From contig NW_021826652.1 in the NCBI RefSeq assembly GCF_006345805.1, positions 1 to 12,274 on the forward strand: 12,274 nucleotides of DNA, given 5' to 3'. Both the position numbers and the translations under genes were made by a program. Source of the stretch: Octopus sinensis (taxonomy: Eukaryota). The notes beneath the pieces are model-generated. The model searched no databases. It saw only the letters and a program-made list of their open reading frames with translations, and was not told where the DNA came from. Position 1 is the stretch's first letter. Each line of letters starts with the position of its first letter. Shown here one piece after another: positions 9,368 through 12,274 of the stretch.

Positions 9368-9967
9368 AAATATAAACTAATGAACTAATGAAATAGCTAG
9401 AAATAAACATCTGTATATTCAAGTTCATATAGAGATACTAATATATAAACAAGATACACCCATACATGTATTCACGTGCATAACCACATAAGCAAATTTA
9501 TTTCACCTTTATATTTTTATTCATTCTTTATTCCTTATTTCTGCTTACTTATTTACCTTATTTTATTTTATTTATTATGTTTTATAAATACCAACAATGT
9601 TATCCATATATAGATATCCACATACACATAATATAATCCATGTATGCATATACACACACATGCATTCACGCATAAACAAATTTTACTTCCCCTTTATTTC
9701 TATTTTTTATCCTTATCCTATTTATTCTATATTCATTATTTCTGCTACCTTATTTATTTTATTTTATTATATATTTTAATCATGTACTTTTACTCTTCTA
9801 TAATTTAGTTGATTATTATCATTATTATTATTAAACTTCAATATAAATATCAAATAATGTGTGAATGAACTTTTATTGTTACTCTTATGTATTTATGTAC
9901 ATTAATAAAAAACTTAGAAAGTAACATATATACACATGTAAGTTGACTTATATGTGTATATATGTTA

Positions 9968-10241
9968 CGGACCGGGCTGCGTATTGTGTTCTTGAGCAAG
10001 GCACTTTATTTCACGTTGCTTCAGTTCACTCAGCTGTAGAAATGAGTTGCGACGTCACAGGTGCCAAGCTGTATCGACCTTTGTCTTTCCCTTGGATAAC
10101 ACTGGTGGCGTGGAGAGGGGAGGCTGGTATGCATGGGCGACTGCTGGTCTTCCATAAACAACCTCGCCCGGACTTGTGTCTAGGAGGGTAACTTTCTAGG
10201 TGCAATCCCATGGTCATTCATGACCGAAGGGGGTCTTTACC

Positions 10242-10245
<4 letters not shown>
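9968..10245 (+). mobile_element. SINE copy 1, 5'-truncated (lacks tRNA head)
   Basis: Begins at CGGACCGGGC just after the B-box position and runs to CTTTACCCTTT. Confidence 0.9.
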
Positions 10246-10313
<68 letters not shown>

Positions 10314-10324
10314 CATACATATAT

Positions 10325-10643
<319 letters not shown>

Positions 10644-10986
10644 CACAGGTGCATGGCTCAGTGGTTAGAGCGTCGAGCTTACGATCGTGAGGTTGTGAGC
10701 TCGAATCCCGGACCGGGCTGCGTGTTGTGTTCTCGAGCAAGGCACTTTATTTCACGTTGCTTCAGTTCACTCAGCTGTAGAAATGAGTTGCGATGTCACT
10801 GGTGCCAAGCTGTATCGACCTTTGTCTTTCCCTTGGATAACACCGGTGGCGTGGAGAGGAGAGGCTGGTATGCATGGGCGACTGCTGCTCTTCCATAAAC
10901 AACCTTGCCCGGACTTGTGTCTAGGAGGGTAACTTTCTAGGTGCAATCCCATGGTCATTCATGACCGAAGGGGGTCTTTACCCTTT
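10644..10986 (+). mobile_element. SINE copy 3, full 343-bp unit (tRNA-derived head, CORE-like domain, stem-loop tail)
   Basis: A box TGGCTCAGTGG, D-stem GCTC/GAGC and variant B box GCTCGAATCC. The central GTGTTCTCGAGCAAGGCACTTTA...CAGTTCACTCAGCTGTAGAAATGAG resembles the CORE domain (cf. MIR GTGACCTTGGGCAAGTCACTTAA...CAGTTTCCTCATCTGTAAAATGG). Confidence 0.88.
10654..10708 (+). promoter_or_regulatory. Internal type-2 Pol III promoter of SINE copy 3 (A box 10654-10664, variant B box 10699-10708); equivalent sites in copies 4-6
   Basis: The A box matches the tRNA consensus. The B box reads GCTCGAATCC instead of GTTCGAATCC, so activity is uncertain. Confidence 0.65.
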
Positions 10987-11009
10987 ATATATAATATATA
11001 TATATATAT

Positions 11010-11890
<881 letters not shown>

Positions 11891-11895
11891 ATATA

Positions 11896-11942
<47 letters not shown>

Positions 11943-11947
<5 letters not shown>

Positions 11948-12274
11948 GTGCATGGCTCAGTGGTTAGAGCGTCGAGCTTACGATCGTGAGGTTGTGAGCT
12001 CGAATCCCGGACCGGGCTGCGTGTTGTGTTCTCGAGCAAGGCACTTTATTTCACGTTGCTTCAGTTCACTCAGCTGTAGAAATGAGTTGCGACGTCACAG
12101 GTGCCAAGCTGTATCGACCTTTGTCTTTCCCTTGGATAACACTGGTGGCGTGAAGAGGGGAGGCTGGTATGCATGGGCGACTGCTGGTCTTCCATAAACA
12201 ACCTCGCCCGGACTTGTGTCTAGGAGGGTAACTTTCTAGCTGCAATCCCATGGTCATTCATGACCGAAGGGGGT
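11943..12274 (+). mobile_element. SINE copy 6, cut by the window edge
   Basis: Same 5' boundary, with 4 substitutions relative to copy 4 over the visible 332 bp. Confidence 0.88.

Noticed and set aside
5620-9380. Target-site duplications for the two RTE copies
   Set aside because: No convincing direct repeat was found at the junctions of either copy.
5695-9388. Plus-strand ORFs such as 5695..6033, 6106..6354, 6358..6621, 7221..7535, 8776..8988 and 9038..9388
   Set aside because: They are antisense shadows of the RTE ORF or UTR, with no recognisable protein motifs.
10648-10720. tRNA gene (and equivalents in copies 4-6)
   Set aside because: Only the D-stem pairs well. The anticodon, T and acceptor stems do not fold, T54 is C, and the sequence continues into a CORE-like SINE body.

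Overview
Gene-free, AT-rich eukaryotic repeat landscape. The repeat types resemble those of octopus/cephalopod genomes (inference from recalled repeat families, not tested). From left to right: (1) the 3' end of a decayed RLE-type non-LTR retrotransposon (R4/Dong-like) ending in (AAT)n; (2) an unidentified ~555-bp element embedded in the same (AAT)n microsatellite; (3) the left end and broken transposase of a Chapaev3-like DNA transposon; (4) an unexplained region containing two copies of a decayed peptide motif, a possible Helitron-like start and a 40-bp direct repeat; (5) two 5'-truncated RTE-clade LINEs on the minus strand with (GAT)n tails and a copy-number-variable minisatellite in their 3' UTRs; (6) a head-to-tail array of at least six nearly identical tRNA-derived CORE-type SINE copies (343-bp unit) separated by (TA)n tracts, running off the end of the window. 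The SINE/(TA)n array is the most unusual structure. No intact protein-coding gene or functional tRNA is supported. The remaining listed ORFs are antisense or repeat-derived artefacts.
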